Virus record (IMG/VR): IMGVR_UViG_3300028666_000024 | Coordinates: 64,001-128,000 of that record | Source of the DNA: a virus | Lineage: Duplodnaviria > Heunggongvirae > Uroviricota > Caudoviricetes | DNA length: 64,000 bases | Strand: one strand, 5' to 3' | In this document: positions 55,820 through 64,000 of the stretch, piece by piece | Position numbering within the stretch: the first letter of the stretch is position 1 | Layout of the letters: the number at the start of each line of letters is the position of its first letter | The notes under the pieces: model-generated | Database searches by the model: none | Told to the model about the DNA's origin: nothing | The model's input: the letters and a program-made list of their open reading frames with translations, nothing else | Position numbers and translations under genes: made by a program

Positions 55820-58396
55820 TTGACTGAAAACAAAGTAGATGTCAAAAAAGCATTTGTGGGAATATTTTTTGATAAGCAGTCGAAGAAGATGTATCATTGG
55901 TATATCAACTCCGAAAACAAACTCAAAAAAGAAACGGTTAAAGTAGCTTACGATTATTACACTCAGAGAGAATACTTTGGGTGTAAGGATATTAAAAAAG
56001 ATTTGTGGGGCAGGAAGGTATATCACAAAACAACTGATAATTTCGGAGAACTTCAACGTGCTACAGAAGTTGGTAGTTGTGAAGCAAAGGTTCCTCAAGA
56101 GATAAAGTTTCTTCACAGGATGTATGAAAAAATAGATCTCAAACCTGATCTCTCTAATTTTAATATTGCTATCATAGATATTGAAATTGAATCTGAAAAG
56201 GAATTTCCACTACCTGAACAGGCCAAATTTCCAATTAATCTAATTTCAATCTGGACATCAAAAACAAACAGAGTTCAAACGTTTGGTTTAAGACCCTATA
56301 CTGGAACAAAAGAAATAAATTATACATATTGTGCTACAGAACAGGAACTTTTTGAAAAGTTTTTTGATTTTTATTCTTCAAAACTTGTAAATATTCTTTC
56401 AGGATGGTATTGTAAACTTTTTGATATTCCTTATATGATTAAAAGGTGTGAAATTTTAAAAATTAAAAATAGATTTTCACCACTTGGAATTTGTATTGAG
56501 AATCAGAATAAGGGTGGTTATCATATTGATGGTGGTGGATATTTTATCGGTGGTGTATCAACTCTTGACTATATTGACCTTTATAAGAATTTTGTGTATG
56601 ATAAGAAAGAATCCTACCAACTTCATAGTATTTGTATGGGTGAGATAAAAGAAGGTAAGGCTGAGTTTGGTGGAACTATTAATACAGGTTGGAAAGAAGA
56701 TTGGAATGGATTTGTAGAGTATAACATTCAGGACGTTATGCTTGTAAAGAAACTTGATGATAAAATGAGATTTTTTGATTTAGCGGTTAATTTATCCTAT
56801 CAGTGTCTTGTTCCGTTTGAGAAGGTGTTTAGTTCGGTTAATCTACTCACCGGGATTCTTATGCGGTATGCTCACCAGAAGGGACTTGTTCTTCCTGATG
56901 TGACCGGAACAAAAGAAGAGAAATTTGAAGGTGCATATGTCGAGGCAAAAGAAGGATTATATCATTATGTTGTTAATTATGATGTTCAGTCTCTATATCC
57001 TACATTGATTCGTGCTTTTAATATTTCACCAGAAAAACTTGTAATGAATCCTTCAGAAACACAAAAGAAGGATTTAATTTCTACTCCACTTACAGGAGTT
57101 TATTACAAGAAGGAAAAGGGATTGCTTCCAGATGTTATTGAGGATTTTTTCAATAAGAGATTGCGTTTTATTGACAAAAATAAGGTTTGTATAGGTCTTG
57201 ACCAGAAACTTTCAGATGAAGAAATTTCCAAAAGGTTTAAAGTTGATATTGAAAAGATTTCAGAACTTAAAACAGAAATTGTATCAGAAAATGGCGATGC
57301 TATTTATTACAAGAGACAAGAACAAATTATAAAAATTTTCATGAATAGTTTATATGGAGTGCTTGGAAATCCTTATTTTTGTATGTTTAATTTAACCAAT
57401 GCAAAGACTATTACGGGTTGTGGTCAGGATGTTATTAAATATCTTACAAGTGGTGTTGATTCTTGGTTTAAAGAAAATTGGCATAAGAAGTATCAAATAT
57501 TCTTTCCTGAATATAATAAAGGTGAAATAAAACCCATAAAGAAAGATATGATTTGTTTGATTGATACAGATTCAGGTCATGTATCGTTGGAAGAACTTAT
57601 AACTAATATGGGACTTACCTTCAAAACAAATCAGGAGTTTCTTGATTTTGTTTTAAAACTTGATGAAAAATTTTTCAAACCCTTCTTTAAAAGAAAATTG
57701 GAAATATATTCTAAAAAGTATGGTTGTAAAGATTTGATAAATTTTCAAAAGGAAAAGATTATTCTGAAGAAAATTATCATGGCGAAGAAGAAATATTGTG
57801 ATTATACTTTGGATAAAAAGGGAGAACGTTTTGATCCACCTAAACTCGGTGTTACTGGTATTGAAATTATTAAAAGCGACACCTGCCGATTTGGTCGTAA
57901 GTATCTCCGACAGATTTTACAGTTAATTGTGGAAACTGAAGATAAGAAAAAAGTTTTAGAGTTTATAAATAGTATTAAAGATGAATTTTTTAATAACACT
58001 TCAATTGAGGATATAGCAGTCCCAAAAGGAATAAATGACTATGATAAATATGCAAATGGTAATGTTGAAGATACTCTACAGTTTAAACTCCATTGTCCTA
58101 TATACACCAGAGCAGGTATTTGCTACAATAATTTGGTTAGAAAGTATGATCTCCCTTATCCACTAATTGCAAATAAATCTAAACTTCGTTATGTTTATGT
58201 TTCTGAAGAGAATGAAATCCGACAGAATGTAATTGGTTTTATGGAAACTTATCCTGATAAATTTAAAGAAATTTTTAAAGTTGATATGAATACTCAATGG
58301 GAAAAAGCAATTGAAAATATTTGTGGAAGATTTTTTAAAGTTTTAAAATGGGGAAATGTTTGGGATGTTGAAACAGATTGGAGTATATTAGACTGA
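55820..58396 (+). CDS. gp43: Family B DNA polymerase
   Basis: Exonuclease DIEIE, SGWY..FDIPY, YNIQDV; polymerase DVQSLYPT, KIFMNSLYG, DTDS, KKKY. Confidence 0.95.
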   Translation: MTENKVDVKKAFVGIFFDKQSKKMYHWYINSENKLKKETVKVAYDYYTQREYFGCKDIKKDLWGRKVYHKTTDNFGELQRATEVGSCEAKVPQEIKFLHRMYEKIDLKPDLSNFNIAIIDIEIESEKEFPLPEQAKFPINLISIWTSKTNRVQTFGLRPYTGTKEINYTYCATEQELFEKFFDFYSSKLVNILSGWYCKLFDIPYMIKRCEILKIKNRFSPLGICIENQNKGGYHIDGGGYFIGGVSTLDYIDLYKNFVYDKKESYQLHSICMGEIKEGKAEFGGTINTGWKEDWNGFVEYNIQDVMLVKKLDDKMRFFDLAVNLSYQCLVPFEKVFSSVNLLTGILMRYAHQKGLVLPDVTGTKEEKFEGAYVEAKEGLYHYVVNYDVQSLYPTLIRAFNISPEKLVMNPSETQKKDLISTPLTGVYYKKEKGLLPDVIEDFFNKRLRFIDKNKVCIGLDQKLSDEEISKRFKVDIEKISELKTEIVSENGDAIYYKRQEQIIKIFMNSLYGVLGNPYFCMFNLTNAKTITGCGQDVIKYLTSGVDSWFKENWHKKYQIFFPEYNKGEIKPIKKDMICLIDTDSGHVSLEELITNMGLTFKTNQEFLDFVLKLDEKFFKPFFKRKLEIYSKKYGCKDLINFQKEKIILKKIIMAKKKYCDYTLDKKGERFDPPKLGVTGIEIIKSDTCRFGRKYLRQILQLIVETEDKKKVLEFINSIKDEFFNNTSIEDIAVPKGINDYDKYANGNVEDTLQFKLHCPIYTRAGICYNNLVRKYDLPYPLIANKSKLRYVYVSEENEIRQNVIGFMETYPDKFKEIFKVDMNTQWEKAIENICGRFFKVLKWGNVWDVETDWSILD

Positions 58397-58430
58397 TGTT
58401 GAATCGTTGTAAATAAACCAATAAAAGTTC

Positions 58431-58459
58431 TTGATTTCTCAAAAATAAGATGGTATTAT
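58431..58459 (+). promoter_or_regulatory. Sigma70-type promoter, class B
   Basis: TTGATT-17 nt (AAAATAAGATGG)-TATTAT. Confidence 0.75.
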
Positions 58460-58492
58460 TACATGTAGATAACAATTCAAAGGAGAATAAAT

Positions 58493-59686
58493 ATGGATTT
58501 GTATAAAAAAATCATGGCAGATAAAGGGAAAACTGGAAGTAAAATTTTTAATCTTCCTATGTCAGAACTCCTAATGAATGAGGATGATGAAAAAAATGCA
58601 AAATATATTCATAGTGGGGTTATAGCATTTAATCTTCTTGCGACCGGACATGTTGATAAAAGTTTACGGGTTGGTGGTCAACTTCTTCTTTCAAGTCCAT
58701 CCAAACACGGAAAAAGTCTTCAAGTTTTGGCTCATATCCTTAATGCACAACAATCAGGAGAAATAGATAAGATTATTGTATTTAACACAGAGGGACCGAC
58801 AGGATTCAGTTATACTCTTGCAAGACAATTTGGTGTTGATATGGATAAAACTAAAGTGTTTGTTTTTGAAGATTGTATAATTGAAAGCATTATGAATACA
58901 TTAGCAAAAAATTGTGAAGATTTGACAATTGAACAGCGTAGGAGAATTTTTGTTGTTATTGATAGTTGGGGTGGATTGACTACATTAAATCTTGAGGATA
59001 AGGCCGTTGCTGGTTCTATTACGAAAGATTTTCAAGAGACTCAGTTGAAGAACAGGTTAGCTCTCTTCCTTAATAATATGAGAGTTACCAGATTGCTCAT
59101 TGCACACTGTTACGACAACGTTGGTGGATTTGGCGATCCATTGAAAATTGGTGGTGGAACAAAATTTTATTATCTCTCTGATTCTGCTGTTTTGTTCGCT
59201 TCACGTAAAAAACAGAAAGATTCTTCAGATGAAATTAGTGGTTGGATTATCACTGGAAAAACTCATAAATCCCGATATCATATCGAGGGAACAACACAAC
59301 TTGAAGTTCTTATTGAAACTAAGGGTTGTTTAAATCAATTTTTTGGTTTGTTGCCCGATGCTTTAGAAGGTGGTTTTGTCTTGAAGGAACAGGGGAAAAT
59401 TACCAGAGCACATATTGAGAACGATCCTCCCGTTAAAGAACTTAATATTTACACTGAGGATTTTTGGGGACCGATTTTTCTTGATACTGATTTTCAAAAG
59501 TATTTAGAAGACAAGTATCAGTATTCTAAAGACAATATAACCTTAGCAACATCAAACATCAACAAACTTTTCAAGAATCGTTCGACAGGAGAATCTAATG
59601 AAATTGTTTCAGAAGATGTTCCATCCGAGACAAAAGGTAAGCGAGGAAGAAAATCCAAAACAGAATCTACAGATCCAACAGAATGA
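58493..59686 (+). CDS. uvsX: RecA-like recombinase UvsX
   Basis: HSG.IA.N...TG, SPSKHGKS, VFNTEG, IDSWGGL, IGGG.K.YY. Confidence 0.85.
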   Translation: MDLYKKIMADKGKTGSKIFNLPMSELLMNEDDEKNAKYIHSGVIAFNLLATGHVDKSLRVGGQLLLSSPSKHGKSLQVLAHILNAQQSGEIDKIIVFNTEGPTGFSYTLARQFGVDMDKTKVFVFEDCIIESIMNTLAKNCEDLTIEQRRRIFVVIDSWGGLTTLNLEDKAVAGSITKDFQETQLKNRLALFLNNMRVTRLLIAHCYDNVGGFGDPLKIGGGTKFYYLSDSAVLFASRKKQKDSSDEISGWIITGKTHKSRYHIEGTTQLEVLIETKGCLNQFFGLLPDALEGGFVLKEQGKITRAHIENDPPVKELNIYTEDFWGPIFLDTDFQKYLEDKYQYSKDNITLATSNINKLFKNRSTGESNEIVSEDVPSETKGKRGRKSKTESTDPTE

Positions 59687-59981
59687 TTTTGTAGATATAC
59701 TTAATTCAATACCTTTGGAAGAATTTTCTTTATATAAACAAGTATTAGGTGTAATGATACTTGAATGTAAAAATTTAAATTTAACATTCTTTAATGATTC
59801 TATAATGACTGGACAAGGTAATATTGATATTCCAAGTGACAAACTGGTTGATTATAAGTCTGTTTTTAGAGGTATTTATTATAATGTTTTAAACCTTGAA
59901 AAACTTAAAAAACAAAAAGATTCTGAAAAATTTAAAAATTCTATACAAAAAGAGATAAAGGAGAAGTATGGGTCAAATTAA
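59598..59981 (+). CDS. Hypothetical protein (start uncertain)
   Basis: ORF overlaps the uvsX end by 89 nt; the true start is probably downstream. Confidence 0.45.
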   Translation: MKLFQKMFHPRQKVSEEENPKQNLQIQQNDFVDILNSIPLEEFSLYKQVLGVMILECKNLNLTFFNDSIMTGQGNIDIPSDKLVDYKSVFRGIYYNVLNLEKLKKQKDSEKFKNSIQKEIKEKYGSN

Positions 59982-60330
59982 TAATCTTGCCGATGAGATA
60001 TATGAAGATGCAAAGAAAAAGGGTTGGTATGATAAGGAAGAATCAGAAAACCAATATATAGAACGAATGTGTAATAATTTGCATGATGAGGTTTCTGAAT
60101 TACATGAGGCATGGAGAAATGGTTTATTGAGAGTAGATTGTGATAAGACAGACAAAATGACTGCTATGGGTCTACCAGCTATTACATCGTTAGAAGAAGA
60201 ACTTGCAGATATAATAATCCGAGCACTGGATAATTCTAAAAGACTTGGTGTTAATATAGAAAGAGCAATTGAAATCAAACTTAAATTCAATAAATCTCGC
60301 CCTTATAGACATGGGAACAAACTTTCATAA
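59968..60330 (+). CDS. MazG-like nucleoside triphosphate pyrophosphohydrolase
   Basis: LHDEVSELHEAWR and LEEELADIIIRALD; KLKFNKSRPYRHG. Confidence 0.85.
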   Translation: MGQINNLADEIYEDAKKKGWYDKEESENQYIERMCNNLHDEVSELHEAWRNGLLRVDCDKTDKMTAMGLPAITSLEEELADIIIRALDNSKRLGVNIERAIEIKLKFNKSRPYRHGNKLS

Positions 60331-60368
60331 TTAATAACAAACCAAACCTTATAGACACGGAGGAAAAT

Positions 60369-60869
60369 ATGTTAATTAATTCAGGTAAAACAAAGCAGTG
60401 TTCTTGTTGTAAAGAAGTTAAAAATGTTGAAGACTTTCATAAATGCTTAAAAATGAAAGATGGACTTTTCTCAATTTGTAAAAAATGTAATATTAATAGG
60501 GCATCAAAATATATATCAGAAAAAAGAAGAAACGATCTAAATTATAATAAAAGAAACAGAACAAAAGATAGGATCAAGAGAAAATTAAAGACTCCATTCG
60601 GAAAAAAATCTAAATTTATTTTAAATACAGTTGGAATATCATTGGATGAATTTAAAAAATATTTACAAGAATCAGCAAATTATTCAGATTTTAATATTGA
60701 AAATTATGATGGAAATAAATATCATATCCATCATTTAAAAGATTGGCATGATTTTAACTTTTGTAATGAATTAGAATTAAAAGATTATTTTTATTATAAA
60801 AACTGTGTAATATTATCCAAAGAAGATCATTTAAAAGTCCATAAGGAGATAAATGCTAATGTTAAATAA
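60369..60869 (+). mobile_element. HNH-type free-standing homing endonuclease-like gene
   Basis: KQCSCCK.VK...F.K..KDG..S.CKKC; HIHH..N...LS..DH..VH. Confidence 0.65.
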
Positions 60870-60958
60870 ATACGTCTGTGGTTTTAATATTGTTCCGATG
60901 TCTATTCCATTTCTTATTGGTGATACTGGTGAATTCTACTTTATAAAATTAGAAGAGG

Positions 60959-62425
60959 TTGAAATTGGATATTAATGTTCCTACTAAAGAAGAAGTAAAG
61001 TTCAAAGACATAGACCTTGAGAAGATGATTATAAAACTTATTCTCACAAACAAAATTGTGCAGGACCGAGCATTTCCCTTTTTAAAGTTGGAACTCTTTG
61101 CAAATGAAGGACATAGAGAAATTGTAAAGAGGATTTTAAATTTTTATGAAGAGTTTAGCAAGGTTCCAACTCTTTCTGATTTACGTTTACAACTTTCTTC
61201 AGAAGGAACTAATGAATCACTCAAGGAAGTATATCTTGAAATTCTTGACACTTCAGTTGCAGATTATGAAAATGAATTTCTTTTAAAGAAGGTTGAAAAT
61301 TTTTATAAGAGAAGATTAATTTCATGGAAGAATACAAATATTGCAATGGCATTGATGGATAACAAACTCAATGAGATTCCGGCAATAGTTAATGATCTCA
61401 ATAATGTTTTAGGTTTTAATTTCAATGATGATGTTGCCTTTGATATGTTTGCTGAAGATACTGGTGATTATGTTATGGAGTTTATCAAAAACACCAATAA
61501 GGTAGTTTCTTCTGGTATTCCTTCTCTTGACAAATATCTAAATGGTGGATTCAACGATGATAAGTTGACGGTGTTTACAGCAGAATCAAATTTGGGAAAG
61601 AGTTTAATGATGGGATCTCTAGCGGCATCATGTCTTCTTCGTAATAAAAAGGTTTTGATTGTTACAATGGAGCAATCAAACAAGGTTTATACAAGAAGAA
61701 TTCTTTCAAATATATTAGATATGGATATGGAAAGTTTTTACAATGATGAAAAGAAAAATGAAAAACTTGCAAATTATAAAAAATATAAAGATAGAATCAA
61801 AGGAAAGATTTTTATTGCAGAATATGTGCCGGGAATAACTCATAATAGAATTTTAAATCTTCTCACCGAATTGAAGTTGAAGAAAAACTTTGTTCCTGAT
61901 ATTATCTTTGTAGACTATATCAAATTAATGAGTTCTGCAAGACTTCAAAAGGGTGCAAATACAAATACTCAGTTGCAATATGTTTGTGAAGATTTGAGAA
62001 GTATTCCACAAACTTTTAAAATTCCTGTTGTAACGGCAATGCAAGTCAATCGAGGAGCATATGGTTCAACAATAATTGATAAGAAAGATACTGGAGATTC
62101 TATAGGTATTGTTCAAACTGCTGATGTTGTTATTGGACTTTCTCAACCACAGGATTATAAAGGAGATAGAGAAACAGGTCTTGGTAAGTGGTTAGCTAAC
62201 TTTGCAAAGAACCGAGATGGTATAGCAGATGTATCTATAACACTAAATGTTAATTATAAAAATATGCGTGTGTCAGATGATCCTTCAAACACAAAACAAA
62301 ACACTTCAGTATCGACAGCGGAAGCAGTTCAGAAAGTATTATCCAAGGAAGAGACAGAGAAACAGAACGTAGTCAACACAATATTTGAATTGGTTGATCC
62401 AGAGAGTGGGGCATCACAATGGTAG
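60959..62425 (+). CDS. gp41: DnaB-like replicative helicase
   Basis: GIPSLDKYLNGG, AESNLGKSL, TMEQ, IFVDYI, TAMQVNR, SIGIVQTAD, KNRDG. Confidence 0.92.
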   Translation: MKLDINVPTKEEVKFKDIDLEKMIIKLILTNKIVQDRAFPFLKLELFANEGHREIVKRILNFYEEFSKVPTLSDLRLQLSSEGTNESLKEVYLEILDTSVADYENEFLLKKVENFYKRRLISWKNTNIAMALMDNKLNEIPAIVNDLNNVLGFNFNDDVAFDMFAEDTGDYVMEFIKNTNKVVSSGIPSLDKYLNGGFNDDKLTVFTAESNLGKSLMMGSLAASCLLRNKKVLIVTMEQSNKVYTRRILSNILDMDMESFYNDEKKNEKLANYKKYKDRIKGKIFIAEYVPGITHNRILNLLTELKLKKNFVPDIIFVDYIKLMSSARLQKGANTNTQLQYVCEDLRSIPQTFKIPVVTAMQVNRGAYGSTIIDKKDTGDSIGIVQTADVVIGLSQPQDYKGDRETGLGKWLANFAKNRDGIADVSITLNVNYKNMRVSDDPSNTKQNTSVSTAEAVQKVLSKEETEKQNVVNTIFELVDPESGASQW

Positions 62426-62757
62426 TATCTGAGGTTATTATGGGCGAAAGAATAGACCAAGTTACATTTTTAAGACTTTTCAAGGAATATGGTTATGATG
62501 AGAAATCTTTAAATGATTTGTTTGATTGTGACCATATTACTACAGGCGATAAGATTCAATTCAATCAATCTCTACAGAAGATAAACAAAGAACAAGGTAT
62601 TGATATTTTTGATATGCTTATTGTTCTTGAAAAGTTTTTTACTTCTTCTAAAAAGATTGTAGAATTTTTAGATGTAAAGACTTTTGAAAAACTTAAAAAG
62701 GAAATTCGAAAGGATTATTTTATTAATGACCGGCAGGGTGAGTGGGGAAATTTGTAA
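62419..62757 (+). CDS. Possible late transcription co-activator gp33-like
   Basis: F...LQKI.KE.GI...D.L..L..F....K.I...L....EKLK.E...F pattern similar to T4-like gp33. Confidence 0.45.
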   Translation: MVVSEVIMGERIDQVTFLRLFKEYGYDEKSLNDLFDCDHITTGDKIQFNQSLQKINKEQGIDIFDMLIVLEKFFTSSKKIVEFLDVKTFEKLKKEIRKDYFINDRQGEWGNL

Positions 62758-63563
62758 TGAATAAATCTTTTCTCAAATGGGTTGGTGGTAAAACAAAATT
62801 ACTTTCTCAAATAGAAAAATATCTACCAGAGGGAAATAGATTAGTTGAACCTTTTTGTGGTAGTTGTGTTGTTTCTTTAAATTCAGAATATAAAAATTAT
62901 TTAGCAAACGATATAAACTCTGATTTGATAAATCTTTTTAATATTATCAAAAATGAAGATACTTTTAATTTTGTAAAACAATCCAAAAAATACTTTATTG
63001 ATGGAAATGATTTAGAAAAATATAATAGTCTAAGAAGTATGTTTAACAATACAAAAGATTTAAAATTAAGGGCCTTTCTATTTATTTATTTAAATAGACA
63101 TTGTTTTAACGGCATGTGTAGATATAATTCAAGTGGAGGATATAATATTCCATTTGGAAAATATAACACGATTTATTATCCTGAAAAAGAAATTTTTCTA
63201 TTTTCTAAGTTGTCACAATCTATAACATTTTCAAATAAAAATTTTTTAAATTTAAAATTAAAACAGGGAGATATTGTTTATTGTGATCCTCCATATATTC
63301 CTATAAATGAAACTTCTTCTTTTACTAATTATACCGGAAAGGATTTTAGTTTAGAAGAACATAAACAATTAGCAAACTGGTGTGAAGTTAATAATAAAGA
63401 GTTAAAAATTCCATTTTTAATTTCAAATAATGATACAAAACTTACAAGAGAGATTTATAAAAAAGCAGATGATATAATAGAAGTTGAAGTAAGCAGGTCT
63501 ATGGGTTCTAAAAAAGGAACAAAAGAAAAAAAGAAAGAAGTATTAATAATATACAAAGGATAA
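62757..63563 (+). CDS. dam: Dam-like N6-adenine DNA methyltransferase
   Basis: FLKWVGGK, EPFCGS, NDIN.DL, N..CFNG.CRYN..G.YN.PFG, YCDPPY. Confidence 0.92.
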   Translation: MNKSFLKWVGGKTKLLSQIEKYLPEGNRLVEPFCGSCVVSLNSEYKNYLANDINSDLINLFNIIKNEDTFNFVKQSKKYFIDGNDLEKYNSLRSMFNNTKDLKLRAFLFIYLNRHCFNGMCRYNSSGGYNIPFGKYNTIYYPEKEIFLFSKLSQSITFSNKNFLNLKLKQGDIVYCDPPYIPINETSSFTNYTGKDFSLEEHKQLANWCEVNNKELKIPFLISNNDTKLTREIYKKADDIIEVEVSRSMGSKKGTKEKKKEVLIIYKG

Positions 63564-63565
63564 TT

Positions 63566-64000
63566 ATGAGAGCAGAAGGAAACGGTTCAGCATTTGAATA
63601 TTTTGTTAAAAAACCACTATCAAAATTTACCTGTGTTACTTATTTAGATTGGAAGAAAAAAGATCCAAATTATTATGGAGATAATTTAATAATTACACAA
63701 TATCCATATTATAATCATTTCGGTGACAACTCTATATCAAAAACAGATTTTGTTTTAATATCAAAAGAATATAACTTGGATAATGTTAGAGTTGAATGTA
63801 GAAGTCAAATTGTGCAAGGAACATGTTCTGAAAAATTTGAAAATTTAGTTTTTAAAACACTTCATAAAAATAATATATTTAAAAATTTTATATTTATAAT
63901 TGAAGGTAATGGGACTCCTTCAAAAGTTAAAAGGTGGTTTAAAGAAGATATTATAATTGGAAAAATGCTTCAAGATTATGATCCATTTACTACCAAAAAT
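63566..64000 (+). CDS. PD-(D/E)XK nuclease-like ORF (partial, runs off window; not in ORF track)
   Basis: Hand translation MRAEGNGSAFE...YPY..FG....KTDFVL....VRVECRSQ.VQGT..EK...FIIEG.G. Confidence 0.6.
   Translation, partial: MRAEGNGSAFEYFVKKPLSKFTCVTYLDWKKKDPNYYGDNLIITQYPYYNHFGDNSISKTDFVLISKEYNLDNVRVECRSQIVQGTCSEKFENLVFKTLHKNNIFKNFIFIIEGNGTPSKVKRWFKEDIIIGKMLQDYDPFTTKN

Noticed and set aside
8174-62425. Inteins or introns in terminase, polymerase or helicase
   Set aside because: Lengths are typical, motifs are contiguous, and no C...HN splice motifs were seen
1-64000. CRISPR array or mini-array
   Set aside because: No run of equal-length repeats with unique spacers seen; all repeats found are two-copy and intragenic
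1-64000. Stop-codon reassignment (alternative genetic code)
   Set aside because: Core genes (gp17, gp18, gp20, gp23, gp43, gp41) are full length in the standard code and tightly packed

Overview
An AT-rich segment of a large T4-like myovirus genome in the standard genetic code. The left part (1-41.8 kb, mostly minus strand) is the late morphogenesis region: tail tube paralogs, sheath gp18, terminases gp16/gp17, gp15, gp14, capsid gp23, scaffold gp22, protease gp21, a gp67-like ORF missed by the track, portal gp20, a GH108 endolysin-holin-spanin-like cassette and two large fibre/adhesin genes. These genes are driven by T4-type late promoters (TATAAATA). Small plus-strand islands interrupt the region, each behind a conserved sigma70-type promoter placed back-to-back with a late promoter. 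The right part (41.9-64 kb, mostly plus strand) holds host-takeover and replication genes: an alarmone-hydrolase-like HD protein, a CoaD-CoaE fusion, a second HD hydrolase, tRNA-Arg and tRNA-Gln, uvsW/uvsY, a palindrome-rich candidate origin, gp46, gp55, gp47, a glycosyltransferase, gp43, uvsX, MazG-like, HNH, gp41, gp33-like, Dam and a PD-(D/E)XK nuclease. The most notable candidates are (1) a phage CoA-(re)synthesis module (CoaD-CoaE fusion between two HD hydrolases), (2) a YwlE-type protein-arginine phosphatase, and (3) at least 8 unrelated proteins sharing a capsid-targeting-like N-terminal tag. All family calls come from motif recognition by eye; no database searches were run.
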